This document shows, piece after piece, positions 1-12,785 of a stretch of 64,000 nucleotides of DNA. The number at the start of each line of letters is the position of its first letter. The first letter of the stretch is position 1. The DNA is from Macrostomum lignano (lineage: Eukaryota), in NCBI GenBank assembly GCA_002269645.1, contig NIVC01001067.1, forward strand, positions 69,107-133,106, in the 5' to 3' direction. The notes beneath the pieces were generated by a model. The model had not been told where the DNA came from and did not search any database. It worked only from the letters and a program-made list of their open reading frames with translations. The translations under genes and the position numbers were made by a program.

Positions 1-3000
1 CAACTGGCTCTTCGAGTACAGCTCAATCCTCAGATTCACAGCTCGATGGCCATTGAGAAGAAGAACTCCGTTCTCACTAAAGACCGTATCTCGAATGCAG
101 CCAGATCAGATTATACAGTTGCTCCGTTTTCCATCTTCTCAAAGCCATGTCGCACTGGTTTTCACGCTGCAGCAGCCAATGCTCTCAGCTGGCAGCATGA
201 CGATGTAGGTCATCACGAATCATTAAGGAACTGTTGGATCTCGGTGCCTCAGTGCGTACTCAAGACAGTCAGAGTCGGACTGCTCTGTCACGAGCGTGCA
301 AAGCGGGTCACGTTGGAGCTGTGAAGGCTCTGTTAAACAAAGGAGCGGATGCGAGTCATCGAGACAACCAGGGCCTGACGTGTGTGCAGGTGGCGGAACG
401 ATATGGACAGCAGCAAGTGCTGCGTCTGATGAATTCTAGAGAATCAGCCACCTCCCCGCCATTCTTTAATCCAAGGACAACAGGGTAAGTCAAATCAACT
501 TTTCTTGCAATATTGATATAATATGCAAGTCAAGTTTACTTTTGGTTTTTAATTAAAATGGCGGCAATTTTAAAGAAAGTGCACATTTACGAGCTAGCTA
601 ATGCTTTGTAGAAAACGCACATGTCTAAAAATTAAACCAATTTATTAAATGCATTCTTAAATATATAGCGCACACAGCTACTGCCGCTAAGTAATTTATT
701 CAAGTTATTATGTTCAATGAAGCTTTATGGACTAAAATCAGACAAGTTAGGAACCAAAGCTTCTGGTTTAATACGAGTATATGTAGCTTCACTTCGTTAA
801 GGCGGAAAGTTGACCTTGAATAAACTTTAAATGCACCCTTGACAACAATTTGAATACAATTCCAACGATTTTCAGATTCAGGGGTGCTGCAAAGTACTTG
901 CGTACACAGAGCGTTGAGCTCAGTTATAAAATTTTCGATCATCTCGCCAAGGCAGGATTCAATAAGAAGAGAGCAGAGTGCCAGCAGCGATTGGCTGACT
1001 GCTTAGAGGGAAGCGCTCGAGTCCTCACACAGGAAGACAGGCAGATGACGGGAAGCTGCGCGGAGGGCTGGGCCAACAGTTTGAGACAAGTAAACGGCAG
1101 AACAGACGCTGACTCGGACATTGACTGGACTGTGCTGATTCCTGGTCAAGAGCTTCATTTGAATGGAGGCTGCAAATGCGATAAACTTTCGACTGAAATA
1201 AGAAATGTCACGAAACTTCAGGTTGCTGAAGGCCATGCGCAGGTTCCAATGGGATCTGGTAAGTGAGGGTAAATAAACTTCTATCGTTGGATGTGTGGAT
1301 TTGCTACTACATTTACACAAACAATGTAATGATACATACAGATTTTTTCCGGCCGTGTTAGCGAAGGCCGAGTTGGCTTTTGATGCGCTTAAGAGGCGCT
1401 CGATTGTATATATATTTTAATTGAAATGAAAGCGATGCCGCGCACTGAACGATAGCATAAAAGCTTATACCATAGACAGGCAGCAATTGTGTAAGCTGAA
1501 GCAGCGTAGCGGCTGAAGCTTATTAATGCAATTGCTGCCGTGAAAGAATCTATTTATGACGGTTTTTTGTACCTTTTTTGAATGTAATTTATTGTTACCC
1601 GATTTTTAGTCAATTCTTTTGTCTATGGTCTACTTTGAAAGAGAAGTAAACAAATCAGTCAATCGTTTAGGGCAATTGGAAAGGACAGTGGCAGGGAAGC
1701 CTCTATGGTCGCTGCGCTCCCCAGGAAGGGACACTAGTTTAGGCAGCATAGAATAGTTTTTTTCATTTTTATGACTGGTAAATCTATATAACTTAACGAG
1801 GCCAACTCCTCCTTCGGAGAAGAAAGGGGAAGAATTCCCATCACCGGAATTCCATTCCCTGAACTCCATCAGCCTAATCCCATTTTCCAACAGCTCTCCG
1901 CGCAATAGAAATCGTCTCCGTGAAACTGAACACCATCGAAATCCTCTCCGCAAAATAGAAATCCTCTCCATGAAACTTGACTCAATCAAAATTTCTCCGT
2001 CAAACAGAACTCAGCTCTCAGAATTCATTCGTTAGGGTTAGGGTTAGGGTTAGAGCTACACACAGCTGCGTGTTGAAAAGGGCCGGTAAAAAAAACATTT
2101 TTTTCTCATTCAGTCAATATCATGTTCTCAGTTAGAGTTAACAAAAAGATTGCGCAATCTAATTCAACCCTCCAATTCACAGCGACCGATCCCCTTCCAA
2201 TACGCAGTGGCAATTAAAAGTTGAACTGATATCTTTCCCTTATGCAGAAAAGCATGCTTTCGAATCCTCATATTTTGAATTTCGAATTATTTATAGCTCG
2301 TAGCAAAAGCTCAAGAAGTTGAAGCTTAGTCTATGGCCATAGACATATTATTATTTCTCAAGTGCTCACTGCGAGAAATATTTATTTTTTTAGCTCATAG
2401 CATCCAAGCTACAATAAGTTGAAGTTTAGTCTATGGCCATAGACATATTGAGCTCTCACTGCGGAAAAAATACACTAATTAGATAGGAAAAATACAGTTT
2501 TTTGAATATTTAATCCCCTTAGCAATGAGCTAGAGCTCATTAAAATAGCCTAAAGCCTGCTCCGGAAAATTTGCAGTTTTCCCATATAAGTTTCGACGCT
2601 GACTTGGCAGTATTGTAGGAGTTCACTTGCTACATACATACAGACAGACAAACATCGCACCAGTTTTAGTATAAGGAGGAGAGAATCTGAAAAGTTTCTA
2701 TGTATATATGTACATAATCCATTTTAAAGGAATTTATCCAACCGATTTTTTTTCAAACTTGCACCATTCGATCAGAAATTCTTGCGAATCGGTACAGTTC
2801 TCTCGGCTAAGAGATTGCTTCATTTTAAAGGGATTCAATATTCGAAAAACTGTATTTTCCCTATCTAATTAGTGTATTTTTCTCGCAGTGAGAGCTCAAT
2901 ACGTCTACAGCCATAGACTAAACTTCAATTCTTGAGCTGATACAATGAGTTATAAATAGTTATACCTAGCTTGTTAAATTTTACAATTTATTATGAATAT

Positions 3001-6000
3001 CTTCGTCTTCAACTTGTTTGAAACCTGAACTGATTGTCTGAATTAAAGCCGGGTGTTACAAAATGTGCATAATCACTTGAACAGAAATGCCTCGACGACA
3101 TTGCGCTACGTTTAAAAGGGAATTGCTGAGATGTCAAGGTCTAATGGGAATTGCTGAAATGTCAAGGCTTAGTGGGGAAATTCCAGAGATGTAAAGTTCT
3201 GGGGTGAATGGCTAAGATTTCAAGGCTTGCTGGGGTATAATTGCTTAGAAGTCAAGGCTTATTGTGGGAATTTTTGAGATATCCATTCTCACTGGGTGGA
3301 ATTGCTGAGATATCAAGGCTCACCGGGGGGAATTGCTGAGATATCAAGGCTTACCGGGGGAATTGCTGAGATATCAAGGCTCACTATTGGTGGATAATCA
3401 TTGGTGGAATTGCTGCGATATATAACTGTCTAATGGGTGCTGTTGTAAACTGTCTAATTGGTGCTGTTGTAACTGTCTAATGGGTGCTGTTGTAAACTGT
3501 CTAACGGGTGCTGTTGTAACTGTCTAACGGGTGCTGTTGTAACTGTCTAATAGGTGCTGTTGTAAACTGTCTAACGGGTGCTGTTGTAACTGTCTAACGG
3601 GTGCTGTTGTAACTGTCTAATAGGTGCTGTTGTAAACTGTTTAACGGGTGCTGTTGTAAACTGTCTAACGGGTGCTACATGTATTGTAAACTGTCTAACG
3701 AATGCTGTTGTAAACTGTCTAACGGGTGCTGTTGTAACTGTCTAATAGGTGCTGTTGTAAACTGTTTAACGGGTGCTGTTGTAAACTGTCTAACGGGTGC
3801 TATTGTAACTGTCTAACGGGTGCTGTTGTAAACTGTTTAACAGGTGCTGTTGTAAACTGTTTAACGGGTGCTGTTGTAAACTGCTTAACGGGTGCTATTG
3901 TAACTGTCTAACGGGTGCTGTTGTAAACTGTTTAACAGGTGCTGTTGTAAACTGTCTAACGGGTGCTATTGTAAACTGTCTAACGGGTGCTGTTGTAAAC
4001 TGTCTAACGGGTGCTGTTGTAAACTGTCTAACGGGTGCTGTTGTAAACTGTCTAACGGGTCCTGTTGTAAACTGTCTAACGGGTGCTGTTGTAAACTGAA
4101 AAGAAAAGTGCTTGCTCGAAAAAATGTTTGGGACACGCAAAGCAGGTCAGCCTGGTAATCTATATAACTAAATCTGAAAAGTTTCTGTTTGTATGTGTGT
4201 AAATAATCCATTTTTAAAAAATTAAATTTTTATGTCCTGCAAAGCGAGTCTAATTGCTAGTTTTTAACTAAAAGTCCTCTTTTCTATAGCCAAATGCATC
4301 CGTAAATTTTCCGGCAACAATAATAAAACAGCCGGCAAACAATTGAATTGGTGCCGAAAGGCTCACTGCCGAAAAAACCACAGACGAAAGGGTACAATGC
4401 ACTTTATGAGTCTTAGCTAAGCTAGAGAAGCCAGTACACCATTTTACCTCCTATTTTTAGCAGTCTTGTTCAAAAGAAACAAGCAGAACTTCAATTCAAA
4501 CACTTTAAGAAATATCAGCCCTTGCGGAACTTCAATTCAAACAAAGTCCCTTTCTATTGAAACAGAAGAACTTCAATTCAGACTGTCTGTGGCCAAAATT
4601 GTCCCCGAATGACGCGCATGCGCAGATTTGAAATTCAAAAGAAACAAAGTCACATTCTATTTCGACAGAGATTTTTGCACATACATTTAGATACAAGTAC
4701 ATTTTTAGTACATTAATCTAATTTTTTGTTTTTCCTGTACTGCATAACTGTACAATCGTTGCGCAATAAGAAACGATATGAATGCTAAAGAGTGAAGATC
4801 AGATTGAAGAAGACGATGAATTGCTGGAAGAAGTTGGAATTTGAAGCAGAATTCGATGAAGATATCATGGAACAGCAGCCTCGGCAGTACGCAATTGTAA
4901 GCAACAGTGACAGAGACCGTATCATCAAGGCTGCTGATCGTGAGGATGACTTTGTGGAACTGGCGCGCCAACTTGGAGTCAAGAGGTCAACAGCGTACAC
5001 GATTGTAAGGTCAGGGAGAGCGGAAAAGCAGCCTACGAGATTCCAGACTCCATTCAGGTGAAGCGGCGGCTTCCACCCTACCATCATTTTGACTCCTGTG
5101 GAGAACTTAATGTCTTGTTGGAAGGCCGCTCTGAAGAGAGAACTGGCAGCAGACCAGCAAAATTTTATCGCTCCGATAGCTGAGCAGCACGGGAACCAGT
5201 CGATGGCGGCCTACGGTGAGACATTCCGTACAGCATGGTGGACAGAACCATTGGCTGCATCTCTGTGGACAAGTGCACTGAGTGGTGCAACCATGTGTTT
5301 ACATGCTTCCCTCGCTGCCTTGGTGGACAGGCAATTGATGGTCAGGTGTCTCAAGTTGGCCAACTGACACTGTCTTGTTTCTGTTTTTCATTTTAGTCTT
5401 ATGTTCGTCGATATGTTGTGTTTTATCCCTTTGTCGAAATAGAATGCGACTTTGTTTCTTTTGAATTTCAAATCTGCGCATGCGCGTCATTCGGGGACAA
5501 TTTTGGCCACAGACAGTCTGAATTGAAGTTCTTCTGTTTCAATAGAAAGGGACTTTGTTTGAATTGAGGCTCCGCAAGGGCTGATATTTCTTAAAGTGTT
5601 TGAATTGAAGTTCTGCTTGTTTCTTTTGAACAAGAATTTGCTAAAAATAGGAGGTAAAATGGTTGTACTAGGCTGCAGAGGACTGAAGTGATGTATATGT
5701 AATGGATGTAAATTTCCTAAATAAAGAAACTGCAATCGATAATTTGTCAGATCAGTCGACTAGAACGCTAAGACATCCCGCGGTGCTTAAGTTGACATTG
5801 CCTTTAAGAACGCCAGAATTTCAATCCTAGCATGAAATTCTCAATCTCTTCTTAGCTATCATATCGGCCTGCATATTACTGTAATAACTTTCCACTGCAG
5901 GCAGCCAACCTGCTGTGCCAGACAAGCCGTGCGGTGTACGGCCCGCCCAGGACACCTGTCATGCTATCGACTGCTGCAGCAGCTTCTGTGAGGACAGTTT

Positions 6001-7357
6001 CAAGAAACTACTTGGATTTCCTTTTACAAATGTTCATCTCGTGCGGGCTACTAGACCAAACTGCACCGATGAACTTAGAGTGAGCTTCAGCTTCCATGAG
6101 AAACAAATCATAAGACGGCTGAACACAGTTCAGGGCCAACTGTTCGTAATCATCAAGTACATATTCAAGCGATATTTGCCTCTCAAAATGAGTACACCTG
6201 GACTCAAGACTTATCATGCAAAAACTCTGATTTTCTTTATGCTAAAGAAACATGGAATAAAGCTCGGGCCGGCTTGGATGCCTCATCGTTTACTTCCACG
6301 GCTGTTGGAGGCTCTCGACATGATGCTGGACTTCATCAACTCAAGCAGCTCACCGGACGAATGTATGCCGCACTTTTTTATGCCTGACGCTCCCCTTTAC
6401 TTCAAGAACGCTGGAGTCGGCGGTGACTTCAACAACACGAAGTCGAGGGTTCGAGAGCGTCTGAGCGAACTCAGAGACAACATCGGCGTAGTGTTTGTGG
6501 AGCTTAAAAAACTCGTGAAGCCTCTTGATCAGTCGAAGAGTTTTTACTTTCATCCTTTCACTCTGCTGCCTCTGTCAGTGCCGCCTGTCGTCACAACTCC
6601 AACCGGGGACGAAACAGAATGGCAAGTGCAGTATTATAAGCTGGCAAATACATACAACCTAATTTATCACTGTTTGAAAGAATTGCAGTCGGAATCGAGT
6701 GACCAGAATAATCTGATGGGGCACCTAAGTCGCTTGAAAGAGCAGCCTTGGTGTCGATGCGCTGCTCTGTGCCTAAAAACAATGGCCTGTTTGAAGTCCC
6801 AAAATGTCCAAGAAGCTGTGAGACTCGCTCTAGACTTACAGAAGCATCGAGTAAAACAAGGATTCAAGCCTGAGGAAATTAAGTCAGTCTATTACCGCCA
6901 ATGCAATTATCGCGGAGTTGAACTGCCCACAGACTCAGACTGGGCTTGGAGGTTCTGCCTCCCCTGCGACTCTCCGCCTAGCTTTTCATTCCTTCCCGAG
7001 TTCACGCAGACTCTGTTCACAACCAGACTATCACAGCCTCGGTCCTCCCATCTGTACGTGAACTTCCGCTGTCTGAGCTGGAGTCTGCAAGCTGAGCTGC
7101 TCCGCGATCGCTCTGCACCTGCAATCGAATTTGACAGTTGGAAGACAGAGTTGGATGAAAACCCGGACTTGGAGGAGCTGCTTACTCTGGCTCAGTACAG
7201 CAACTGCCGCGAGCACGTAGCGTTCTGTCTGCGAACAATGAAGGTGATCAAGCAGAAGAAACGCGTTGCCATTGAGGACCAGGATAATAAGAAGATCGGT
7301 CAAGTCAGAGAGAAGTTGAAAAGCTTTGATGCAGGCTATTTCTGCCAAGTTTTATAG
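1..7357 (+). CDS. Ankyrin-repeat + Mab-21/cGAS-like (cGLR) nucleotidyltransferase; 5' end lies outside the window or is frameshifted
   Basis: Exon ..484 encodes ankyrin repeats (SRTALSRACKAGHVGAVKALLNKGAD, GLTCVQVAERYGQQQVLRLM) and ends in a phase-2 GT at 485. Exon 876-1258 (ttcag acceptor, phase 2) carries the NTase motif GSCAEG...DSDID and ends in a phase-1 GT at 1259. Exon 5901-7357 (ctgcag acceptor, phase 1) carries AQDTCHAIDC, VHLV, LRVSFSFHEKQII, KTYHAKTLIF and CMPHFFMP, all typical of Mab-21 domains. All splice phases match. Confidence 0.8.
2032..2055 (+). repeat. Short interstitial telomere-like tract (TTAGGG)3 TTAGAG
   Basis: Read directly from the sequence, inside the cGLR intron. 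Confidence 0.7.
2391..2945. mobile_element. Foldback/MITE-like element with ~130-bp imperfect inverted arms
   Basis: 2391-2520 (gaagtttagtctatggccatagacatattgagctctcactgcg...tacactaattagatagg) is the reverse complement of 2826-2945 (cctatctaattagtgtatttttctcgcagtgagagctcaatacgtctacagccatagactaaacttc). No TSD was identified. Confidence 0.55.
3121..4098. repeat. Intronic tandem arrays: degenerate ~30-bp unit (3121-3420), then 23-24-bp unit gggtgctgttgtaaactgtctaac (3425-4098)
   Basis: Visible periodicity; source of the TAPVRQFT-type ORFs. Confidence 0.9.
4437..5665 (+). mobile_element. Internally deleted Tc1/IS630-type DNA transposon with ~240-bp TIRs and TA TSD
   Basis: Left arm 4437-4672 is the reverse complement of 5425-5665, with TA at 4435-4436 and 5666-5667. 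The interior encodes an HTH (DRDRIIKAADREDDFVELARQLGVKRSTAYTIVRSGR) joined almost directly to a frameshifted C-terminal motif LPPY..(F)LTPVENLMSCWK, equivalent to LPPYSPxLNPIE. The DDE core is missing. Confidence 0.8.
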
Positions 7358-9274
7358 TTGACTTATGCGTTCATTTTTTCAATCGGCTGTAACCAAAAAC
7401 ATATTAATAATTTAGTAAAGGACAATCCCTAGCATCAAGATTAACCAATAGCGCCAACCCATCTTCTATATATATTAGTTTTAATTTGTTTCAGTTCACT
7501 TGTAGTATCCTATAGCACATACCCACTGCATATATTGTCAATTCATTTTTCTGTTGTGTAATAAGTTTATATTGCTTCTATTTTAACATTGTTTTTAAGG
7601 ATTTGCTTAAAAGCGAATTTTTAATGTCTATTTGATGTAATTTTACAACCATGTACAACATTCTCACGTCCATCGTTGTACGAGTACTTGATGTCGGCTG
7701 TTGTATAGTTATTTTTAAGTTGCGCCATGTCGGATGACGACGTTATTCGTCGGCAAAACGTCGGTAAAATTGTGACGTTGACGGTTTCTTTTGTCTCGCC
7801 AGTTTGTCGGTTGGTAGCTCGTATCAGCTGGGAATATTTAATGTGTAATCTGGTTATTTCAATGAGTTGTATTTTTATGTTTGCTGACGATGGTTGGCAA
7901 TACTTTGTTTTACTGGGTTGGCAATACTTTATTTAACATTTTAATTCTGTGGCTTCGGAGGAGAGGGATCTTGGGTACGTGCTTGTCTGTTAAAACTACC
8001 GCTTGCAAGTTCATTTTTTCAAGCATTATTAAAGAACGCTTCCCGCCAGATCTTAAACTGCATTCAGTCTAAGTACCGTGTTCTCCCACAAGATCATATC
8101 TTCCGAAGCCAACCCACCTGATCCGTTACTTTGTTATCAGTTGCAAGCGAATATTATACTTCTGCCAACCGTGTTTGAGAGAAAAAATACAAAAAATCCA
8201 ATAATCGGCCAGTTGTCATCGATTAATCAAGGTTCTACGTGTTCTTCGCTAATTTGAATACATGTAGCAGCCCGTCAGCACGCGAACTCTTACATCAGAT
8301 CAGATATATTCGTCACAAAATTTATTTATTTTCGCACCTATTTATTTTCCAGCGAAACTTCGATAGATGTCGGAAACATTAGCCGATATCAGATTGCTGT
8401 ACGGGATCCCATCGCACCTAAAAATTATGGTAGCCACCGGAGACTTTTGCATGTATATGTACATGTGCATTTAGGACTTAATTCAGATCTGAGAGCAGGC
8501 AACCCTCGATCGTTATTGCCTCTTGACCACGCAACGCCAACTTGCCGTAAGGACATTACTTAGTGCAGTTTAAGGTTAAGTCATATGGTAGCACTTGTAA
8601 TTTACCTGATTTCGCATCATTGCAATTATGGACTCGGATCAGTGTCTTACATGTACTTGATCTCTTCACCCTGAGTTCTAGAGAGTGCAGTTTCGACCTC
8701 TATTTAGATTTACCGTTTTAAAAGACTCCCATTGTAAACATGCATCTTTCCTTGGTGAATTAAAGCAACATGCGCACGTATAGTATAGCCATGACCTTAA
8801 CGTGTAGCTTTAAGTGTGACTGCGAGTAACAAATTTGAGTCGCAAAACAACTGTCTTTTACACATTTTTGTCTTTAATATGTAAGAATATTGAATTATAC
8901 ATGTTGAAGAAGGCCGCGATTGGAAACAACTGGCCGATATCCTTGGGATCAAGAGAAAGACAGCCAAAACGATTGTCGACACCTACGTTCAAACCGGGCA
9001 CATTGAGAAGCTTCCAGCTGTTTGGACGAAGGGTTTAGACGAATGTTTTACAAACTGGATGAACCGTTTTGCGTGAACACAGTTGTCTATGGTATAATCT
9101 AAATTTAGCTCCCATTAAGAAAGCATTTGTGGACGAAAGGTTTTGCAGTTTGGACGAATTCAATCGCAAAAAAGTATCGTAAAGCGAGGCAATGTCGAGC
9201 ATTTAATTTAAAGAATAGGAACCAGTGATATAATTACAATGTATTTACAATAAAGTAACCGCCATATCAACAAA

Positions 9275-9385
9275 AAACTCCAACGGCAAGAAGATAAAGG
9301 ATGAAAGCGAAGATGAAACTCCAACGGCAAGAAGATAAAGGATGAAAGCGAAGATGAAACTCCAACGGCAAGAAGATAGAAGCAA
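9275..9385. repeat. 41-bp direct repeat, ~2.6 copies, just downstream of the P-like transposase stop
   Basis: actccaacggcaagaagata... starts at 9277, 9318 and 9359. Confidence 0.8.
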
Positions 9386-9457
9386 ATACGGAACTCCAAG
9401 GAAAAGACGACACAAACAGTCAGTAGCTCGTACATAAAGGAAACGCTGGAACTTCAC

Positions 9458-11388
9458 CTACTGAGCATCTAACTTCCGAAGCTTTCTATCATGGGATGTC
9501 GTCGGTATTGGTGGGAGTTTTGACGAGCGTCTTACTAGTCCTTTGAAAAAAACGTTGGCTAGCCGACGGGACACACTGTCCATGCTGAACTGTGTCTTAG
9601 TTGGAAAGTAAAAGTCCTTAATAACATAAAACAGCTTCTGCACGCGAGTTGCGCACGTACGAGAGTGCAGAATAAAACTGCTGTAGCAGAGACAGGATAA
9701 GTCTAACAGCCATTGTGGAGGATGACAAAGCTTTCCGCGAGATAACTCTTCAGTGAATTCGCTGGCTGGAATGCTCGTCTCTGATATCAAATCTGTCCCT
9801 TTGATGCCTTCTTTAGTCGCTGTATAACCTGTCAATTTCCAATAAGCACGGTTTGAATTGTTTTTATGAGATTGTGTAAAACCTCGTTGTGAATTAAATT
9901 TTAATTAATATCCAGCTTACCTGCGATATAGTAGAGCGAAGCCATCTCCGAAATGGAAAGCTCCTCTGATTTAGCAGCACAATTGCTGACGCATTGGCTG
10001 ACGCATTTTCGCAGAAACTCCGCAGACAAAATGTATGTCGGCAATAGTCGGACTACAAACGGTTTTCCACCAAGTAATGGCTTTACCATTATGGCCAAAA
10101 TTGTCCTAGCAACCTGGTCCGGATCGTCGACGGCTCGACCCAGAAGGTGACGGCATCGATATCGAACGGACGGTTGTGTGTACATTTCGTCAAACATAAT
10201 TACGCAGTTTCGCTGAGCTCCTGATAGACTAGCAAAAACTGACTGGATCACATCGGCTGCGTCGGTTTCTGTGCCAACTTCTCCTGTACCTGCTAGTTGC
10301 AGCTGCAGCGTTCGGGGATGAGGCAATGGCAATAGCTTCCGTAGGTAAGAGTAAGCCGAACTACTGATCAAGAAGAGCAATGCTGACTGTCGCACTAGTG
10401 AAATGTCATAGCGGCGATTGTTCCGATTTACTAATGTAAGGCTAAGTTGTCGAATCAAAAACTGAAGCGACGGATGCAAATCAGAGTCAGAATCTATATC
10501 ATCACTGATTCTACTAACAAACGCTTCGACTTCACGTTGGGGATTGGCGTCGGAATTTTTGCACCGCACGACAACAGCATCCAGTTGCGACCAGCGCTTG
10601 AGTGTCGGTTGAAATCCCAACAAGTCTCGAACCGAAATCGGTGTATGCAGTTTGAATTCACGAATCAGAAAGTTGGGTGAGACAAAAATTCGAACACACA
10701 GGTCTCCATCTTTATCTAACGTAAACAAGTAAACGTCTTCGTTCAGAATAGCTGTGTTCAGCGCATGTCGAGATACGACATCCGAATTTTTCACCTCAGC
10801 TCGAAAACTTTCCCATGCCGGCAAAAAATCAAGCAGCTGAAAAGCGTCCATCTCATCGATGTCGCCGCACCTCGCGTCAGAAAGAACACCGCGCTTTTCG
10901 GCCTGTCGGTCCTGATCTAAAATAAGAGTTAAAATAAAAGTAAGATAATTGTGAGCGGCAAAATCGATATAGACGCTAAGTGTTGAGCAATCTTTAAGTT
11001 ACGTACCTTGGTTCTGAACAAAACACGAGCTAGGAACTCCATTAAAAACAGAAGGAGGATTAATTGGCCTTTCGGTAGAGTTTTTCTTGACCATTGGAGC
11101 ATCGCTTGGCCAATGCTTTACGCACACGCCCATATTGTCAGTCACTCTCTAAAACAATAAATTTTGGGTTTCAAGTTGTTTGGACGAGACTGGCATGCAG
11201 AATTGAAGCGGAATTATGCAGCAGTAATGACAGCAAATGATCTGGTTTCTTATCTGGAGAATATTTGGCAGCGCCTTTCTCCATCGCTCTCGCTCCTGTG
11301 GATCTCTGGGAAACGCAAATGTCCATGTTCGAACGGCTTCAGAGTTGTAATTTGACGAGCACGGAAATACCCTGCACTTTCTTGGCAT
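9458..11388 (-). mobile_element. THAP-domain P-element-like (THAP9-type) transposase, four exons, internally deleted
   Basis: Exon 11388-11254 (MPRKCRVFPC...FPRDPQERERW) and exon 11148-11007 (GVCVKHW) together give the THAP C2CH finger. Exon 10916-9921 has YSYLRKLLPLPHPRTL, CVIMFDEMY and LYYIAG. Exon 9828-9458 has SRGKLCHP. The first intron donor reads AT instead of GT. Termini were not found. Confidence 0.8.
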
Positions 11389-11730
11389 TTCATCAAGTGA
11401 ATAAAAAATGCTTCTCTTGATATAGTTCAGCTTAGCTTCACTGCTGGCCGCAGCTAAAGCAATTTTAATTTGCTTGATAGCAGAGAAGGCTTGAAAAAGC
11501 CATAAAACAATACTTTTAAGCGAGTCCCTCAGATTTTTTGCCATGAATTGGCTCGTTTCGCGTCCCGAGGGTTTCAGTTGTCCCTGCATGAATCCTTAAT
11601 CCAAAAGTCCAAATTAAGATTTGAAGCAAGCATTGTTTAGCAATTTGACGATCATTATTCACATTTTTAATGCAGAACAATCCATTACTACAAACAATGC
11701 ATTGTCTGTAGGATCGTCAAACAGAAAAAC

Positions 11731-11847
11731 AATGCAAAGAATCAGCGGTCGCAGCACGTGACAACGATTTGTCTATGGCTCGCGCCTACCGGCGCTCGCC
11801 AGACAATCGTTGTCACGCACTAGGACCGCTGATTATTTTTCCATTGG
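11731..11847. repeat. Imperfect ~115-bp palindrome upstream of the THAP gene
   Basis: atcagcggtc...gtgacaacgatttgtct pairs with agacaatcgttgtcac...gaccgctgat. Confidence 0.6.
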
Positions 11848-11959
11848 TCTCGTCAGCTGGGGTACTGCGCAGCGCATATTGACAGGCAACGTGTGTCTAA
11901 AGCATGCATGCTTGGCAAATTCTGGCATCTGGCCTCTGCCTCACCGTCCCTAATTGGGT

Positions 11960-12785
11960 CCTTTAAAACTTTATTCCTCTCACCTCTCTCCTAGCTCTTC
12001 TCATTCCTCTCACTTTCTTTTCTTATGTTATACGAGTATATCATCTCTATTCTCTTCTCTCTTCTCTCCTCTCTCTACTCTCTAATTATCTATCGTCTCT
12101 CTATACTCTACCCTAGCTCTCTGCTCTCATTTCTCATCTCCTATTTTATCTCTGCTATAGTCTCTTCTCTCTCTCCTCTCACTCCTGTCATCGTTACTCT
12201 CTTCTTTCCTCTCTCTTTTCTCCTCTCTCTTTTCTCCTCTCTCGTTTCTTCTCTCTCGTCTCTGCTCTTTCATCTCTACTTCCTCCTCTTTTAAGCTCTG
12301 CTCTCTTATCTGTTCTCATTTCTGTCTTCTCTCTCCTCTCTCCTCTCTCTTTTCTCCTCTCTTAATTCTCTCTTCTCTCTGCTCGTTGCTCTTTTTTGTC
12401 TCTCCCCTCTTCTCACTTCTCTCTTGCCCCTCTCGATCTCCTCCTTTCTCACTTATCTCTCCTCTCTTCTCTCTCGTTTCTACTCTCATCAAACTTCTCT
12501 CGATCCTCTCTTCCCTCTAGTCTCTCTTCTCTCATCTACTCTCTTATCTCATCTCTAATCTATTCTCTCTTATTTATCATCTCGACTTCTCTCTTCTCTT
12601 CTCTCAACTCTCTCATCTATTCCCTATTACCTCTCCTCTCTACTTCTCTTCTCTACTCTCAGCTCTATATCTCTCGTCTCTACACTCTCCCCTCTCCTCT
12701 CTCCTTTTCTCTCTTCTTTTCTCTCCCTCTCCCTTCCTTCGATCCCTCCTCTCCCCCCATCCTCTCGATTTCTCTCTCTCCTCAA
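11960..12785. repeat. Degenerate CT-rich (polypyrimidine) low-complexity tract
   Basis: About 800 bp of almost pure C/T on the + strand; source of the S/L-rich ORFs. Confidence 0.9.

Noticed and set aside
1469-1629. 10-bp inverted repeat ACCATAGACA...TGTCTATGGT as a MITE
   Set aside because: The repeat is short and there is no matching TSD in the flanks.
2032-2055. TTAGGG tract as evidence of a chromosome end or fusion
   Set aside because: Only about four units, embedded in an intronic interspersed repeat.
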